DNA of 64,000 bases. Source: Azolla caroliniana. Lineage: Eukaryota; Plantae; Polypodiophyta. Below, piece by piece: positions 60,482 through 64,000 of the stretch; the stretch's first letter is position 1, and every line of letters begins with the position of its first letter. The stretch lies in NCBI GenBank assembly GCA_043228905.1, contig JBHGNT010000018.1, positions 11,408,001 through 11,472,000 on the forward strand. Reading direction: 5' to 3'. The notes under the pieces were generated by a model, which worked only from the letters and a program-made list of their open reading frames with translations, did not search any database and had not been told where the DNA came from. Position numbers and translations under genes: made by a program.

Positions 60482-63283
60482 ACTGTCGACAGCGACATAC
60501 GTGATAAACAGATCACCCTCAGTACCCTTGGATGGAGACACACCACAGAGAGTCTGGACCGGTAAGGAAGTGTCCTACTGGCATCTTAAGGTATTCGGAT
60601 GTCTCTCATACGTGCATGTAGCTATGGACCGGAGAGGAAAGTTAGATCCAAAGACCCGGCCATGCATATTCCTCGGTTACGATGACGATGACTTCGGTTA
60701 CCGAGTGTGGGACCCGGTCGACAAGAAGGTATTCCGGAGTCGAGATATTATCTTCATGGAGGACAAGACGCTCGTCGACTAGGAGTCGGAGAAGAAGATA
60801 ATGAACTACGAGTCGACCGGTAAGGATCGACTCTACGATGAGCAGACCCAACCGGCAAGAGACCGGTTAGCACTCGAGGGACCAGCCGGTTACGGTGAGG
60901 ATACCGAACAAGCTGAAGAAGAAGTAGAGGAAGTTGAAACCGGAACCGGCCAAGACCCCGAATTGGATTCGGATGAAGAGCAGATGGATGTGCCGGTCAC
61001 CGAAGCCTAGAGACGGAGATATCCTCTCAGAGAGAGAAGGGCCCCCCCGAGATTTCCAGATGCAGAGCATGTTCTGCTGACCGATGAGGGGGAGCCGGAA
61101 AGCTTCGAAGAAGCGACGGAAGACACCCACAGCCGAAAATGGTTAAGTGCCATGCAGGATGAGATGGATTCCTTGCATGAGAACCATACGTACGAATTGG
61201 TGGAGTTGTCGAAAGGAAAGCGGGCACTCCGAAACAAGTGAGTGTACAAGTTGAAACTGGGAGATGCCGGCAACCCCCCGAGATACAAAGCCAAGATCGT
61301 GGTGAAGGGGTTCCAGCAGAAGAAGGGCGTGGACTTCGACAATATATTTGCCCCGGTAGTAAAGATGACCTCCATCCGGACGGTGCTGAGTATAGCGGCA
61401 AGCATGGACTTTGAGGTAGAGCAGCTAGACGTCAAGACGACATTCCTTCACGGTGACCTCGAAGAAGAGATCTACATGCAGCAACCGGAAGGATTCGTGG
61501 AGAAGGGGAAGGAGCACCTGGTTTGCCGGTTGAAGAAGAGCCTCTACGAGTTAAAGCAGGCCCCCCGGCAGTGGTACCGGAAGTTCGACTCCTTTATGAC
61601 CGATCAAGGGTACCACAAGACGTAGGCCAATCACTGCGTGTTTGTGAAGAAGTTCGAAGGAGGCGACCTCCTGATACTCCTTCTGTACGTGGACGACATG
61701 TTGATCGTCGGACGGGACCAAGTCAAAATACGGATGCTAAAGAAGGCTCTCAACTGGACCTTCTCAATGAAAGACTTGGGTTCGGCTAGATAGATGCTGG
61801 GGATGCACATCATTCGGGACTGGTCAGTGAAGCATTTATGGCTGTCACAGGAGAAGTACGTGACAAAGGTGCTTCATCGGTTCAACATGTCAGAAGCGAA
61901 ACCGGTTGGATCAAAACTTCCGGTGGATATGATGAAGATTCCATATGCGTCTGCCCTCAGGAGCTTGATGTACGCAATGGTGTGTACCCGACCGGATATA
62001 GGATACGCAGTCGGAGTGGTGAGCCGGTTTATGAGCAATCCCGGCAAGGAGCACTGGAACGCGGTCAAATGGATACTCCAGTATTTGAAGGGCACTTCAA
62101 ATATGTGTCTCCGATTCAGCTCCGGAAAACCTCAACTTGACGATTTCACCTATTCGGACATGTCGGCTGATGTGGATACCAACCGGTCTACATCCGGGTA
62201 TGTAATGAAATATGCAGGGGAAGCAGTTTCGTGGCAGTCGAGGCTGCAGAAGACGGTTGCATTGTCAACCACGGAGGCGGAGTACATGGCAGCTGTGGAT
62301 GCCGGCAAAGAAATATTATGGATGAAGGACTTCATCGGAGAGCTCGGTATCCGGCAAGATGAATACCGACTCTATTGCGACAGTCAAAGTGCCATCCATC
62401 TTGCTAAGAATGCGGCCTACCATTCCCGGATGAAGCATATCCAACGAAGATATCACTGGATCCGGGAAAGAGTAGATGACCAGGAGTTCGCACTGTCCAA
62501 GATCCACACGGCCGAGAATGGGTCAGATATGTTGACCAAAGTTCTGATACCCGACAAGCTGGATGCATGCCGGAAGTGGATCAGACTGGTAAGACACCCC
62601 ATGTCGGAGTGAAGGGGGATTTTGTTGGGAGACAGGTCCCTCCGGATGGGAAGAGAGAAGAACAGTGCCGATGAACAAACTAGGCTGAGGCCAGAACCGG
62701 ATGAGGAGTACCCGGCTACGGAGAGCCGGATGACGCAGAGCCGGTGAGAACCGGATGAGGAGTACCCGGCTACGGAGAGCCGGATGGTGCAGACCCGGTG
62801 AAAACCGGATGAAGAGACATATTCGTAAATTTGATTCTGAGAGTCCATCGAGGCTATATTTGTAAATAGCCGAAAAGTCATATTAGTATAAATATGACTT
62901 AGGGCAAACTTATAGTAATGGTAGTTGTTGTTGTTGTCAATTTTTCTTGTTGGTGCAAGAAGAAGAGAGAGCACGAAACAATGTACAGAGAGAGAGAGAG
63001 AGAAAGAGGTCGTTGCCTCTGTTGTAACCGCCGCCTGTGGCGAAGATCGTGAGCACGAGGTCGTTGCCTCCGTGAACTCACTGTTTTGTACATTCCAACA
63101 TAGTGATAGTTTGCAGCTTGTGGGCTGCCGTGGTTTTTCCCTTAGTTTGGGTTTTCCACGTAAACATCCTGTGCACCTTTTCTCTCCTTTGTGTCGTGCT
63201 TTATCGTTTCCTGTTTTTCTGTGTATGATTCTAAGCTCGGTTGTGGCCGAGCGTTATGCATAAGGAGCCTTGAGTTCCGGACA
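60479..63283 (+). mobile_element. Copia-A 3' half (INT-RT-RH, decayed) with 3' LTR 62623-63283
   Basis: Collinear with the other Copia-A copies; PPT 62611-62620. Confidence 0.93.
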
Positions 63284-64000
63284 TCAGATAGACCCGATTG
63301 AGAATGAAAATCCTCTAGAAGCATACAAGGCGAACGAGTGGCTAAAGTTGGATAGAATCGTCCGCGCCACGATTCGGATGCACTTGTCGGAGTTAGTGTA
63401 CTTCACAGTGCAATCATGCACGACAGCGTTTGAACTATGGAAAACACTGTCGGAAACTTATGAAAAGAAGGTTGTCGCAACGAAGATGTATCTGATCCAG
63501 CACCTCTACAACTATGTCGGCTCTTCAGCCGAAATTTTGACAACCGACCCGGACATACTATCCATAGAGAACCCAGTCGAATCGGAAGTTCTTCGTACGA
63601 GTGAGGAATCGAGCACATGGCTCCTAGACTCGGGCGCATCGTATAATGTGACACCTCACCAATCTCAGTTTCGGCAATACTCGGACCGACACTCCGACTT
63701 AGTTCGAGTCGGAAACTCGCAGCACTGTGCTATAATTGGAATCGGCACCGAAGAGCTCAATCTTCCGGGAGGCTCTACACTCGTACTACACAACGTCTAA
63801 CACGTTCCTGAGCTCTCAAGACCCTTGATCTCAGTCAGACAACTTGACGAAGCCGGCATCCATGCCGGATTCTCATCAGGAGGGTGGACACTCCACAAAG
63901 GGAACCTCCTGCTTGCTTGAGGACCAAAGATACATTGCTTGTATCCTTTATATGTCACACTCAAAGACGGTGACTTATTTTTGGTTCATATCCTTGTGTC
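63284..64000 (+). pseudogene. Copia-B-related gag/PR fragment with internal deletion
   Basis: QIDPIENE..LDRIVRATIRMHLS..LLDSGAS, homologous to 11610-12790; jumps from LYN to YVGSS. Confidence 0.9.

Noticed and set aside
56545-63283. One Copia-A element spanning the fold-back and Copia-C
   Set aside because: The two LTR ends belong to different subfamilies, decay levels differ, and ~280 bp of integrase is missing with no TSD

Overview
The window is almost entirely a stack of nested plant retrotransposons with no host gene. The likely source is a non-seed land plant (inferred from a Tcn1-like chromovirus, tRNA-Trp-primed Phygy/Selgy-like gypsy elements and a plastid rpl2 fragment with apparent editing sites). 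A degenerate chromodomain gypsy on the - strand (pieces from 17770 to ~56540) is the floor of most of the nest. Inserted into it are two Copia-A copies, a plastid DNA filler and a Trp-primed gypsy (G1, 33236-55535). G1 in turn contains a G2 LTR, a full G3 gypsy, a Copia-A solo LTR and a near-intact Copia-A variant. The left part holds a gypsy with a large extra ORF (G0), and a Copia-A carrying a G2 solo LTR and an intact Copia-B (1337-aa polyprotein, perfect TSD). It also holds a hAT-like non-autonomous element. The right end has rearranged Copia fragments and a fold-back. The most notable signals are: (1) all four insertions of the Trp-primed gypsies sit at a 4-bp target centred on CpG; (2) G1 and G3 share a covarying -1 frameshift pseudoknot placed after the protease; (3) two unrelated gypsy LTRs carry tRNA-like Pol III A/B boxes divergent from their TATA; (4) a heat-shock-element array in the chromovirus LTR; (5) palindromic TATA promoters with a shared 12-mer in two Copia families; (6) a capsid-domain swap within Copia-A. 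Family labels (G0-G3, Copia-A/B/C) are my own, and all assignments come from reading the sequence by eye without database searches.
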